From a virus (Duplodnaviria; Caudoviricetes), in IMG/VR virus record IMGVR_UViG_3300030207_002164, positions 1 through 55,499 of that record: a stretch of 55,499 nt of DNA, one strand, 5' to 3'. The notes under the pieces are model-generated. The model ran no database searches. It was given only the letters and a program-made list of their open reading frames with translations, and was not told the origin of the DNA. Numbering within the stretch: the first letter of the stretch is position 1; the number at the start of each line of letters is the position of its first letter. The position numbers and the translations under genes were made by a program. Positions 7,286 to 16,154 of this stretch are shown piece after piece.

Positions 7286-7797
7286 TGCTAGGACTAGGAA
7301 CAAACATAACATATCAGTCACCAAAAAGCGCTATTAAATTAGCTTTGAATGCTTTAACAACTACGGATACTGATGATGAAAACGTAATGATTGCTTTTAC
7401 TGTGAGCGATTCTGACACTCAAGCGGCTTTGGTAAATGGTATAACTCAAGCAACTGGAGCTAAAGTAAACGGAACCTTTACGCTTACCGCAACAAATGTA
7501 ACGGCAGACCCAGATCTAGTGGGTACAGACACATTCAACGTGTTTCAATACAATGCAGCTACTACATTTATATTTTTTATATCTTTAGCAACAAGCAACA
7601 TAACAGTAAGCAGTGATAGTGACTATAAAGCCGTAGATCTAACCGCAGCTACATTCTTAAATTCTGGAGGCACGGATGCTGGTTTAGACGCAAGTGGTGC
7701 TGGAGAGATTTACAATTTTGAAGGTTTTTTATCTATACCAGGGTTTGAATCATCAGATTCAGTATCTACTAATAACATATCAATAGACGCAGCATAA
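7285..7797 (+). CDS. putative virion structural protein (MLGLG N-terminus)
   Basis: ORF track; TAATG coupling; T/A/D-rich beta composition. Confidence 0.75.
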   Translation: MLGLGTNITYQSPKSAIKLALNALTTTDTDDENVMIAFTVSDSDTQAALVNGITQATGAKVNGTFTLTATNVTADPDLVGTDTFNVFQYNAATTFIFFISLATSNITVSSDSDYKAVDLTAATFLNSGGTDAGLDASGAGEIYNFEGFLSIPGFESSDSVSTNNISIDAA

Positions 7798-8513
7798 TGG
7801 GGAAAGCAAAAGTAAGATTTGATTCATTTGCTCCAACAGCTTCTGCTGATGCAGCAATAGATGGTAGAGCATCAAAGGGTAGCGTAGGCAGTAGAACATG
7901 GGGTAACACCAATAGCGCAAAACGACCTGTTAATAAAGTAAGGGGTAGTAATGCTAAACTTGATGACATTATAACAACATCGTCATTTGACGGTAGTAAG
8001 TATTTAGACTTAAGCAGTGCTGAAGAGTTTGCCTATAATGAAGCTTGGATGTGGGTATTTGCTTTTGTAGATCTAGATAGTACTACTGATTGTATACTAG
8101 CTTATACCTCTGGGAGTAATGGGTATCTTGGTATTAAGGCTGGAGGAGCCGCTTTAGTGTATAAAGCTAATGACGCAAGAGCGTCAGAGTTTGATATAGC
8201 TATAAATAATACAAACAACAGTACTACATCTTATACTTTTGGCAATGATGTAGAAGTTCTTATTTTGTCAAAACCCGCAAGTTCTAATGTATTAGATTTT
8301 TATAATATAAACGGAGATTTTATCGCTCGTGACAGCAGTTCGGGTAATGGAAGTACTTTTAATTTAGAGAGAATAGGCGCTAACAGTTCTACCTCTACGG
8401 AGTTTGTTGGTGAGCTTATAGATGCTAGGTTCTATAATGGTAGCGATTGCCCTCCTATTACAGCTGCGTCTTTACAGGCTATAGGAAATAGATACAAGCA
8501 GTACATGAACTAA
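7797..8513 (+). CDS. putative virion protein with ConA/LamG-like lectin domain
   Basis: SFDGSKYL...IG...FVGELIDARFYN pattern typical of LamG-like domains. Confidence 0.7.
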   Translation: MGKAKVRFDSFAPTASADAAIDGRASKGSVGSRTWGNTNSAKRPVNKVRGSNAKLDDIITTSSFDGSKYLDLSSAEEFAYNEAWMWVFAFVDLDSTTDCILAYTSGSNGYLGIKAGGAALVYKANDARASEFDIAINNTNNSTTSYTFGNDVEVLILSKPASSNVLDFYNINGDFIARDSSSGNGSTFNLERIGANSSTSTEFVGELIDARFYNGSDCPPITAASLQAIGNRYKQYMN

Positions 8514-8932
8514 CTTTCTAGTTCTCTGTAAATCTTTTGTACTAATAATCTTGCTTTTTGAGTTAGAGCATATCTAACTCTATAGTTGTATTTAGTTTCG
8601 TCGCGAAACAAATGGTCTTCATATGTATCAGACGGTGTAAGCCTATCAAAGTGTTTATATATATATCCCTCTTTAACTAATGGGTATACTGTTCTTTCAG
8701 ACAGTTTCTTTTTACTAACACCATATTCTTTAGCAGCGTAATCTAACGTCCAGAACTCAAGATCGTAAGCCCAAAGCATGAACATTAATTCTTTTTGAAA
8801 CACATCTTGAGATTCTTGCGTTGATAAAAGAACACGTCTGAGATTCTTAAGGTAGTTTCTTTTTACGTATCTTTGATTTAATCTAGAAGATTCTCTAAAT
8901 AGTTTTTTCTTTTGTACTTTACTTTTAGGCAT
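8510..8932 (-). CDS. putative winged-helix DNA-binding protein (lone reverse gene in late region)
   Basis: ELMFMLWAYDLEFWT...LVKEGYI...YALTQKARLLV resembles a MarR-like wHTH; own -7 element upstream. Confidence 0.75.
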   Translation of the reverse strand: MPKSKVQKKKLFRESSRLNQRYVKRNYLKNLRRVLLSTQESQDVFQKELMFMLWAYDLEFWTLDYAAKEYGVSKKKLSERTVYPLVKEGYIYKHFDRLTPSDTYEDHLFRDETKYNYRVRYALTQKARLLVQKIYRELES

Positions 8933-8949
8933 TGAAATAAATTATTGAA

Positions 8950-8957
8950 CAAATATA
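8950..8957 (-). promoter_or_regulatory. -7 element TATATTTG driving the reverse wHTH gene
   Basis: CAAATATA on + strand; overlaps first base of ATG 8957 of the divergent gene. Confidence 0.65.
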
Positions 8958-9262
8958 TGGAAGAACAAGCTTTTTTCTTAGAAATACAACGATTATCCAT
9001 GGAAATGGACAAAGTAATTGACAAGTATGATATGAGAGATAGAGTTATCTCTATAATGGTTACTGGCCTTATAGATAGCAATATATTTGGAGATTCAAGA
9101 TTAAAAGCAATATATAGTTATAGTTTAGATTCACAAGAAGATTTAGAAAATATAATTAGTTTTATTGACAATACATGGTACGATGTAAGTGCAGATCAAT
9201 CAGAAAGGTACTATGATGATATTGATGATCTTTTAAGTGGGTTGGATATAGATTTAGAATAA
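8957..9262 (+). CDS. acidic hypothetical protein (start revised to ATG 8957)
   Basis: ORF track frame; MEEQAFF start. Confidence 0.75.
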   Translation: MEEQAFFLEIQRLSMEMDKVIDKYDMRDRVISIMVTGLIDSNIFGDSRLKAIYSYSLDSQEDLENIISFIDNTWYDVSADQSERYYDDIDDLLSGLDIDLE

Positions 9263-9268
9263 AATAAA

Positions 9269-9505
9269 ATGGACGGAGTTATTAGAAAAATTGTGGTCGG
9301 TAGAGACCCTAAAGATGGTATGGCATATTATGTAGGTATGAAAGCTGGTAGGGGAGAAGTTTGCGCTATAATATACGATGAAGCTTATCTTGTTAGATGG
9401 AGTAAAACTAGATACTTAGTATACTTACAAACTGAAGACTCACAAGTATTATGGAAGTCCATTGACGAGATGCCATGTATGATAGAATATGATTTAAACT
9501 TTTAA
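9269..9505 (+). CDS. hypothetical protein (IRKIxVGxDxK...MxYxVG family), upstream of GroES
   Basis: ORF track; A-rich leader. Confidence 0.8.
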   Translation: MDGVIRKIVVGRDPKDGMAYYVGMKAGRGEVCAIIYDEAYLVRWSKTRYLVYLQTEDSQVLWKSIDEMPCMIEYDLNF

Positions 9506-9507
9506 CA

Positions 9508-9672
9508 ATGGCAAAATCAAAAGGCTTAGGAGACTCAATAGAAAAAATAACTAAAGCAACAGGAATAAAGGCTTTGGTTGAAAAATACACTCGCCCTCGC
9601 GGTGGATGCGGTTGCGAGAAGAGAAAAGATAAATTAAATAAAATGTTCCCATATAAAAATGAAAACGTATGA
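9508..9672 (+). CDS. 54-aa GLGD...CGC protein (not in ORF track)
   Basis: MAKSKGLGDSIEKITKATGIKALVEKYTRPRGGCGCEKRKDKLNKMFPY, a recurrent phage small-protein motif. Confidence 0.85.
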   Translation: MAKSKGLGDSIEKITKATGIKALVEKYTRPRGGCGCEKRKDKLNKMFPYKNENV

Positions 9673-10255
9673 TTTATTTGTTGTCAAATTAGAAAGCACA
9701 ACAAAAGACACATTAGTTACAGACAGCGGTCTTGAGCTATATATAGACACTTCTTTTAATGAATTTGAGCACCGAACCACTGAAGGTCCAGTAGTGTGTG
9801 TTCCTTTTAAGTATGATACAGGGGTTGAAGTTGGAGACACATTGTATTTTCACCACCTGGTAGTTATGGGTGGAAATAACGATGGGCAGATATTTACAGA
9901 AGAAGACAATACCTACATAGTAAAGTACGATCCTAAGTTTGCGATAGCTAATCAAGCCATAGCATATAAAAGTCAAAAAGATGGTAAGATACGATGTCTT
10001 ACAGGGTGGTGTTTGTTAAAGCCTGTAGAGCAAGAAGAATTAAATCTTCACTCTGACATTATAGAGGTGGTAGACAATAGTGAAAAACTCCCAACAAAAG
10101 GAGAGGTGGCTTATTTATGTAAAGAAGGAGAGGAAATGGGGTTAGAGCCTGGCGATATTGTTGGGTTTAAAGAGAACAGAGATTACCGCCTAACCATAGA
10201 TGGTCAAGAATACTACCGCACACGTGCAGAAGATTTATACGGGGTCTATGTCTAA
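9659..10255 (+). CDS. groES: co-chaperonin GroES-like protein with two tandem GroES domains
   Basis: TDSGLEL..GPVVCVP..VEVGDTLYF and second unit WCLLKPVE..KGEVAY..LEPGDIVGF..IDGQEYYR. Confidence 0.8.
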   Translation: MKTYDLFVVKLESTTKDTLVTDSGLELYIDTSFNEFEHRTTEGPVVCVPFKYDTGVEVGDTLYFHHLVVMGGNNDGQIFTEEDNTYIVKYDPKFAIANQAIAYKSQKDGKIRCLTGWCLLKPVEQEELNLHSDIIEVVDNSEKLPTKGEVAYLCKEGEEMGLEPGDIVGFKENRDYRLTIDGQEYYRTRAEDLYGVYV

Positions 10256-10538
10256 GTCTAAATTCACAACAGTAGAGGCCGCACAAAGGCTTATGAATAG
10301 TATGGAGATCGCTATCAATAATATGATTGATGAGATCAAGAAGCCTGTTGACCCTGAAATAAACGGAAGCGCAAGAAAAGCAGAACTGCAATCTATAAAG
10401 CAGACAGCGACAGATGCTAAAGAACTTATTATTGAAAGACAGAGATTAGAGCAAATGATAAAAGACTTAAATGATAACGGATCCATAGAGCAATCTAAGG
10501 ATTATTCAGGTGGATTTGCGGAAAGATTTTCTAAGTAA
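10248..10538 (+). CDS. helical protein, candidate terminase small subunit (start revised)
   Basis: ATG 10248; coiled-coil; close to terL; function inferred from position only. Confidence 0.55.
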   Translation: MSKSKFTTVEAAQRLMNSMEIAINNMIDEIKKPVDPEINGSARKAELQSIKQTATDAKELIIERQRLEQMIKDLNDNGSIEQSKDYSGGFAERFSK

Positions 10539-10543
10539 CTTTG
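10536..10543 (+). promoter_or_regulatory. -7 element TAACTTTG
   Basis: Consensus match just before ATG 10548. Confidence 0.6.
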
Positions 10544-10547
10544 TCGT

Positions 10548-10787
10548 ATGCGTTTAAAAAAGAGAAACTATAAAGACGAGTATAAAAAGTTCCAATCTTC
10601 TGATGAGCAAAAGAAAAAAAGAGCTCTTAGAAATAAGAACAGAAGAAAGCTAACTAGAGGCGGTAAGGTTTCAAAGGGTGATGGAAAAGACATACACCAC
10701 AAAGGTAATAATCTTACTGTTGAACCAGCTTCAAAAAATAGAGGCAGAAAAGAAAAGTCTAGATTAAAAGGATCTAAACGTAAATAA
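10548..10787 (+). CDS. small basic HNH-like protein (T7 gp7.7-like)
   Basis: RNYKDEY...RNKNRR...GDGKDIHH...NL...SKNR. Confidence 0.75.
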   Translation: MRLKKRNYKDEYKKFQSSDEQKKKRALRNKNRRKLTRGGKVSKGDGKDIHHKGNNLTVEPASKNRGRKEKSRLKGSKRK

Positions 10788-10797
10788 ATTAAATAAA

Positions 10798-10983
10798 ATG
10801 GCTGACTATAAGTGCGAATGCAATGAACATGAATTAGAATGTTCTAATGTTGTTATTAGAATAATAGAAGGTAAGGCTACACACGACATTAAATGTCCTT
10901 GCGGTAAATATATGAAGCTGTCAAACCCGAAAACAGGCATTGCCTCTCTTGGAAGAATGGACAGGAATGGTAGTAGTTACTAA
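10798..10983 (+). CDS. zinc-ribbon protein (FmdB-like)
   Basis: YKCECNEH...IKCPCGKYM. Confidence 0.75.
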   Translation: MADYKCECNEHELECSNVVIRIIEGKATHDIKCPCGKYMKLSNPKTGIASLGRMDRNGSSY

Positions 10984-13103
10984 TGTCTGCATTACTAAAT
11001 CTAGAAGAATATGAGGACCCTGCTGTCAAGATTTGTCCCAACGGTACGGAAGGTGAGATTATTGAACTCGGTGGGTTACTCATTTGCCTTCCAAAAAGGC
11101 CGCCGAAGAAACAAATTTTCGGACATAAAGAATCAAACTCTATGCAAATGTGGAGAAGGGTATCTATGCCGAAGGAACTGTCTCGTGTTAAATCTATGGA
11201 TGAGTGGGCGGAAATGCCAAGGGAGTTCAGAGAGAGGTTTCGTCCATATATCGAGGAAGAGTTTAGGCGTAGGCGTGAGGGTTTTTGGTTTTATAACAAC
11301 GGTACAGCTACATATATTACGGGGCGGCATTACATGATGCTACAATGGACCAAGCTAGATATTGGTTATCCATACTTTCTTAACTTTCAACGTGAAATCT
11401 TTTTACACATGGCTGCATGCGAAGCTGATCCACGTTGCATTGGTCAGCTTTATACTAAGTGCCGTCGTTCTGGGTATACTAATATATGCTCTGCAGTGCT
11501 TGTTGACGAAGCCACACAAGTTAAAGACAAACTTATGGGTATACAGTCGAAAACTGGTAAGGACGCTCAAGAGAATATTTTCATGAAGAAAGTAGTTTAC
11601 ATGTTTAGAAACTACCCATTCTTCTTCAAACCTATACAAGATGGTACAACTAATCCACGTATGGAGTTAGCTTTTAGGGAGCCATCAAAGCGTATCACTA
11701 AAAAGAACAAAACATCGCAGACAGGTGAGGCGCTTAATACTGTTATAAACTGGAAAAACACAACTAACAACGCATACGATGGTGAAAAGCTACACATATT
11801 GTATTTAGATGAGGCAGGAAAATGGGAAAAACCTACAGACATAAGAGACGCTTGGAGGATTCAGAGGACTTGTTTGATCGTCGGGCGAAAAATAGTCGGA
11901 AAAGCACTCGTGGGAAGCACGGTAAATCCGATGGACAAAGGAGGAAGTCAGTACAAAGATTTATGGAAGGATTCGGATCCGACAGAGAGGAATGCGAATG
12001 GTAGAACCAGATCTGGTTTGTATAGGCTGTTTATACCAGCATACGACTCACTAGAAGGTTTTTTTGATATATACGGGAACCCAGTAATCAACAATCCAGA
12101 CTCAGATGTAATGGGGGTAGATGGAGAACCAGTAATCGTTGGGGCAAAAACTTATTTAAAGAATGAGAGAGAATCTTTAAAAGAAGATGCATCTGAATTA
12201 AATGAGGTTATAAGACAATTTCCATTTACAGAAGATGAAGCTTTTAGAGATAGTATTGAGGGGAGCTTATTTAACGTAGGTAAAATATATGAACAGATTC
12301 AGTACAATGATGAGCTGTTTCCAAACCCAGTTGTAGTTGGTAATTTTGTATGGAAAAACGGAGAAAAAGACACGGAGGTTTTGTTTAGGCCCGATCCTAA
12401 TGGAAGATTTAGAGTTGCTTGGATACCACCAGAAGGTGTGAGAAATCAAAAGTCAACAGATAGGGGTAAAAGAGTACCGCCTAACTCTCATATAGGTTGT
12501 GGAGGTGTCGACTCCTATGATCTTGATTCTACAGTTGATGGAAGGGGGTCTAAGGGTTCTTTACATTTATACAACAAATTTAACATGGAGTATCCTTCAA
12601 ACACTTTTGTCTTGGAGTATGCATCTCGTCCACCTCTTGCAAAAATCTTTTATGAGGATGTTCTTATGGCTGCAGTTTTTTATGGTTATCCTATATTAAT
12701 TGAAAACAACAAGTACGGTATAGCAAGATACTTTGAGTCAAGGGGTTATGATGGTTACTTAATGGATAGGCCTGAGCATTTAAAAGCTCCAAACTCAAAA
12801 GTCAATGTAAAAACTAAAGGCATACCCTCAAACTCTCAAGATGTAATTCAGTCTCACGCTCAATCTATTGAAGCTTACATACACGCGCACGTTGGTATAA
12901 ATAGAGATTCTGGTGAATATGGTAGTATGTATTTTAACAGAACTCTTGAAGATTGGATAGGTTTTAAAATAGATAATAGAACAAAATTTGACCTTACAAT
13001 AAGCTCTGGTTTGGCTCTTTTGGCTTCTCAAAAAACTAAACCAAAACAAAAAACTAACTTTGCTGAGAAGAAGTTTTTTAGGAGATATAATGTGATCGGT
13101 TGA
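10983..13103 (+). CDS. terL: terminase large subunit
   Basis: Walker A KCRRSGYT, Walker B LYLDEAGK, coupling GST, nuclease GGVDSYD and C-terminal FDLTISSG. Confidence 0.95.
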   Translation: MSALLNLEEYEDPAVKICPNGTEGEIIELGGLLICLPKRPPKKQIFGHKESNSMQMWRRVSMPKELSRVKSMDEWAEMPREFRERFRPYIEEEFRRRREGFWFYNNGTATYITGRHYMMLQWTKLDIGYPYFLNFQREIFLHMAACEADPRCIGQLYTKCRRSGYTNICSAVLVDEATQVKDKLMGIQSKTGKDAQENIFMKKVVYMFRNYPFFFKPIQDGTTNPRMELAFREPSKRITKKNKTSQTGEALNTVINWKNTTNNAYDGEKLHILYLDEAGKWEKPTDIRDAWRIQRTCLIVGRKIVGKALVGSTVNPMDKGGSQYKDLWKDSDPTERNANGRTRSGLYRLFIPAYDSLEGFFDIYGNPVINNPDSDVMGVDGEPVIVGAKTYLKNERESLKEDASELNEVIRQFPFTEDEAFRDSIEGSLFNVGKIYEQIQYNDELFPNPVVVGNFVWKNGEKDTEVLFRPDPNGRFRVAWIPPEGVRNQKSTDRGKRVPPNSHIGCGGVDSYDLDSTVDGRGSKGSLHLYNKFNMEYPSNTFVLEYASRPPLAKIFYEDVLMAAVFYGYPILIENNKYGIARYFESRGYDGYLMDRPEHLKAPNSKVNVKTKGIPSNSQDVIQSHAQSIEAYIHAHVGINRDSGEYGSMYFNRTLEDWIGFKIDNRTKFDLTISSGLALLASQKTKPKQKTNFAEKKFFRRYNVIG

Positions 13104-13108
13104 TTTAC

Positions 13109-13116
13109 TATATTTG
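13109..13116 (+). promoter_or_regulatory. -7 element TATATTTG upstream of portal
   Basis: Consensus match in terL-portal spacer. Confidence 0.7.
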
Positions 13117-13138
13117 CATAAAGTAATTATACTCAATA

Positions 13139-15574
13139 ATGATCAGCAATTCAAGTTATCGTAGTGGTGGTAAGTTTCCTGATCCTTTGGTATCAAAAGA
13201 TATTAAGGATGATGTGGCATACGGTTTAAAGTATGCGAAGGCAATAGAAAGTCAATGGAACGCTACTAATGAAGAAAATTCGCTGCAAGAGAAAAGAAGA
13301 AGAACTTTTGAAAGAAACAGGGATTATGCACAAGGGGTGCAAAACACAACAATCTATAAAAGACTTTTAACTTCTTTAGATCCAAATGCAGGAGATGGTA
13401 GTTTATTAAACCTTGACTACACGCCAGTTCCAATACTACCAAAATTTGTAAGAATTGTTGTAAATAAAATTTTATCAAGAAACCCTTATCCAAATTTAGA
13501 GGCAATAGATCCTCTTTCTTCCTCTGAAAAAGACAGAGAGAAAAATCGCTTGAGAATGCAGGTAGCGATGAAGGATGAGCTAAAGAAATTAAAACAAGAA
13601 ACTGGAGGTTTGGTTTTGGATAAAGATCCAGAATCTCTTCCAGACACGCTAGAGGAGGCTGAAATATTTTTAGAGACTAATGTGAAGACTGACGCAGAAA
13701 TATCTGCGCAGATTGCAACAGCAATGACTCTTTCTTGGAATAACTTTAATGACGGCACGTTCAGAAGATGCGTAAATGATCTTGCAGCTCTAGGCATGGC
13801 TGTTGTTAAAAGACATAATGATCCTAATTATGGCATAACAACAGAATATGTAGATCCCTGTAAGTTTATCCATAGCTACACAGAAGATCCTAATTTTGAC
13901 GACATAACTTACGCTGGTAGCATTAGAACAATACCTATTCAAGAGCTAAAAAGATTAGCTGGGGATCAGCTTACAGAGGAGGATTACAAAAAAATTGCTA
14001 AGAAAGCAAAAGGAAACAAGTCTGATGCTTATCAGTCAAACTATGATCCAGCAACAAAAAGAAGCGGTTATGGTTATGATGATCACACCGTTCAAATATT
14101 AGACTTTGAATTCTTATCTGTTGATTGTATGTTTTTTGAAGAAAAAACAAATAGACACGGAAACACAAACTTTTTTTATGAGGGGTATTCTTATAAAGAA
14201 AAGTTAAACAGCATGACTGAGCGTATTGCTCATAAGATGGATGTCACTACTGTTTATGAAGGTATGTACATTATGGGAACTGACTATGTTATCAACTACG
14301 GTCAGAAACACAATATTCCAAAAAATATTCACGACATAAGCAAAGCTAAACTTTCTTATTCTGTTGTTGCTACAAATATTGGTAAAATGATGCCTAAATC
14401 TATGGTAGATAGCTGCATAGGTTTTGCTGATATGCTTCAGATTACACACTTAAAGATACAGCAGGCTATTGCTAAAGCTAAGCCAGATGGGTTGATTATT
14501 GATATTGAAGGTCTTGAAGGTGTTGAAATAGGAAAAGGCGGTGAGTTACAGCCACTTGATCTTCATGATATATACGAGCAGACTGGTGTATTCTACTACA
14601 GAAGCAAGAATGCTGAGGGTGGATTCCAAAACCCACCTATACGTGAGATAGGAAACACTATACGTAATATTAATGAGCTTATTGCATTATACAATCACTA
14701 CCTAAGATTAATAAGAGATGCAACAGGTATTAATGAAGCCATGGACGCTTCCTCTCCAAAAGGTGAAGATCTTGTTGGAGTTAGAGAGCAAGCTATAGCT
14801 GCTGGAAACAATGCTATATATGATATTACAAACGCTTCTATGATTCTATACAAAAAGGTTTGCGAGGACGTTGTAAAGTGTTTACAGATTATACCTCCAG
14901 ACTCTACTTTAAGAACAATTTATGAAAATGCTATAGGTAAAGAGAACATGAAGGTTTTATCTTCTTTCTCTGATTTACCTATGTATAATTTTGGAGTGCA
15001 GGTTCATAAAGAAATGGAATCTGCAGAGAAGCAATACTTAGAGCAAAGTATACAAATAGCTTTGGGCCAGAAGGAGCTTGACCTTGAAGACGCTATGATG
15101 ATAAGAAGCATGAAAGATATCAATCAAGCTGAAAGACTTCTTGTAGTAAAAAGAAAGAAAAGGCAGAAAGAGCAGCAGCAGATGGCGCAGCAAAACTCTC
15201 AAATGCAGCAACAGCAAGCTCAGCAAACTGCACAGCAAGGCGCTCAACTTAAGCAGCAAGAAATGCAGCTGCAAGCTCAGCTTGATGCACAGCAAGTTCA
15301 AATTAAAGCACAGGCAGAAATACAAGTTGCTACGGCGCTTCATGAGTTACATAAAGAGATTGAAACTATTAAAGCTCAAGCAACTCTAGGATTCAAGACT
15401 GATGATCAAGAGTTCAAAGAAAAAATTGAAGTTTTGAAGGAAGATAGAAAAGACGATAGGCTTATGGTACAGACTGGTCAACAGAGAGCTCTGCAGAATG
15501 AAAGAATGAATATGCAATCGCCTCAACAAAATATTAATGCTGACGAACTAATTGATAACGCACTAAATAATTAA
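13139..15574 (+). CDS. portal protein
   Basis: 811 aa after terL; PVPILPKFV, RDATGINEAMD motifs; Gln-rich C-terminal coiled barrel typical of podovirus portals. Confidence 0.9.
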   Translation: MISNSSYRSGGKFPDPLVSKDIKDDVAYGLKYAKAIESQWNATNEENSLQEKRRRTFERNRDYAQGVQNTTIYKRLLTSLDPNAGDGSLLNLDYTPVPILPKFVRIVVNKILSRNPYPNLEAIDPLSSSEKDREKNRLRMQVAMKDELKKLKQETGGLVLDKDPESLPDTLEEAEIFLETNVKTDAEISAQIATAMTLSWNNFNDGTFRRCVNDLAALGMAVVKRHNDPNYGITTEYVDPCKFIHSYTEDPNFDDITYAGSIRTIPIQELKRLAGDQLTEEDYKKIAKKAKGNKSDAYQSNYDPATKRSGYGYDDHTVQILDFEFLSVDCMFFEEKTNRHGNTNFFYEGYSYKEKLNSMTERIAHKMDVTTVYEGMYIMGTDYVINYGQKHNIPKNIHDISKAKLSYSVVATNIGKMMPKSMVDSCIGFADMLQITHLKIQQAIAKAKPDGLIIDIEGLEGVEIGKGGELQPLDLHDIYEQTGVFYYRSKNAEGGFQNPPIREIGNTIRNINELIALYNHYLRLIRDATGINEAMDASSPKGEDLVGVREQAIAAGNNAIYDITNASMILYKKVCEDVVKCLQIIPPDSTLRTIYENAIGKENMKVLSSFSDLPMYNFGVQVHKEMESAEKQYLEQSIQIALGQKELDLEDAMMIRSMKDINQAERLLVVKRKKRQKEQQQMAQQNSQMQQQQAQQTAQQGAQLKQQEMQLQAQLDAQQVQIKAQAEIQVATALHELHKEIETIKAQATLGFKTDDQEFKEKIEVLKEDRKDDRLMVQTGQQRALQNERMNMQSPQQNINADELIDNALNN

Positions 15575-15576
15575 TA

Positions 15577-16017
15577 ATGGCTAACAATGTAAACTTAGAC
15601 ATATCAGATGAACTAGATATAACTTGTAGACAAGGTGACACATTTAGTTTAGGGTTGACTGTAAAAAATTCATCAGGGACTGCAATTGATATATCTGGTT
15701 ATGCATGGTATATGCAAATAAAAACAATTGGATCCTCTAAAAACCCTTCTGTGTTGATGACTGGTACTGGAAATACCAAAAACATAGGCGGTAGACAATT
15801 GCCAGGAACAAAAATTACCACTTCAGCAACATCTGCTGGGCTCCTTACTATTACAATTTCTTCTGAGGGTATGTCTGTTTTTCCAAAAGGAAATTATGAG
15901 TATGATATTCAGTTTAATACAAATGGAACAACACCTGTCTCAGGCACTGATACAACTTTATTAAGAGGTAGATTTGTTGTAAACTCTGATATTACAGAAA
16001 CTAATAGAGAAAGATAA
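15577..16017 (+). CDS. virion protein (BppU-N-like)
   Basis: DITCRQGDTFSL...IDISGY...YEYDIQ...LLRGRFVV. Confidence 0.7.
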   Translation: MANNVNLDISDELDITCRQGDTFSLGLTVKNSSGTAIDISGYAWYMQIKTIGSSKNPSVLMTGTGNTKNIGGRQLPGTKITTSATSAGLLTITISSEGMSVFPKGNYEYDIQFNTNGTTPVSGTDTTLLRGRFVVNSDITETNRER

Positions 16018-16154
16018 TGAGTGTTACTGTAAATAACACAGCAAGCTTTGTTGAGATCGTTGAACCGACTAGATACATAGTTGAGGTGGTTCCACCGACA
16101 TCTTATATAGTATTACATAATTCACCTACAACATATAATATAGACGTAACATGA
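16017..16154 (+). CDS. 45-aa beta-repeat protein (not in ORF track)
   Basis: MSVTVNNTASF-VEIVEPTRYI-VEVVPPTSYI-VLHNSPTTYN-IDVT; coupled at both ends (TAATG, ATGA). Confidence 0.7.
   Translation: MSVTVNNTASFVEIVEPTRYIVEVVPPTSYIVLHNSPTTYNIDVT

Noticed and set aside
10548-10787. Mobile homing endonuclease or intron near terL
   Set aside because: Only 79 aa, free-standing; terL and nrdJ show no evident intron or intein
15170-15300. CAG/CAA-rich repeat in portal
   Set aside because: Ordinary Gln-rich portal barrel coiled coil
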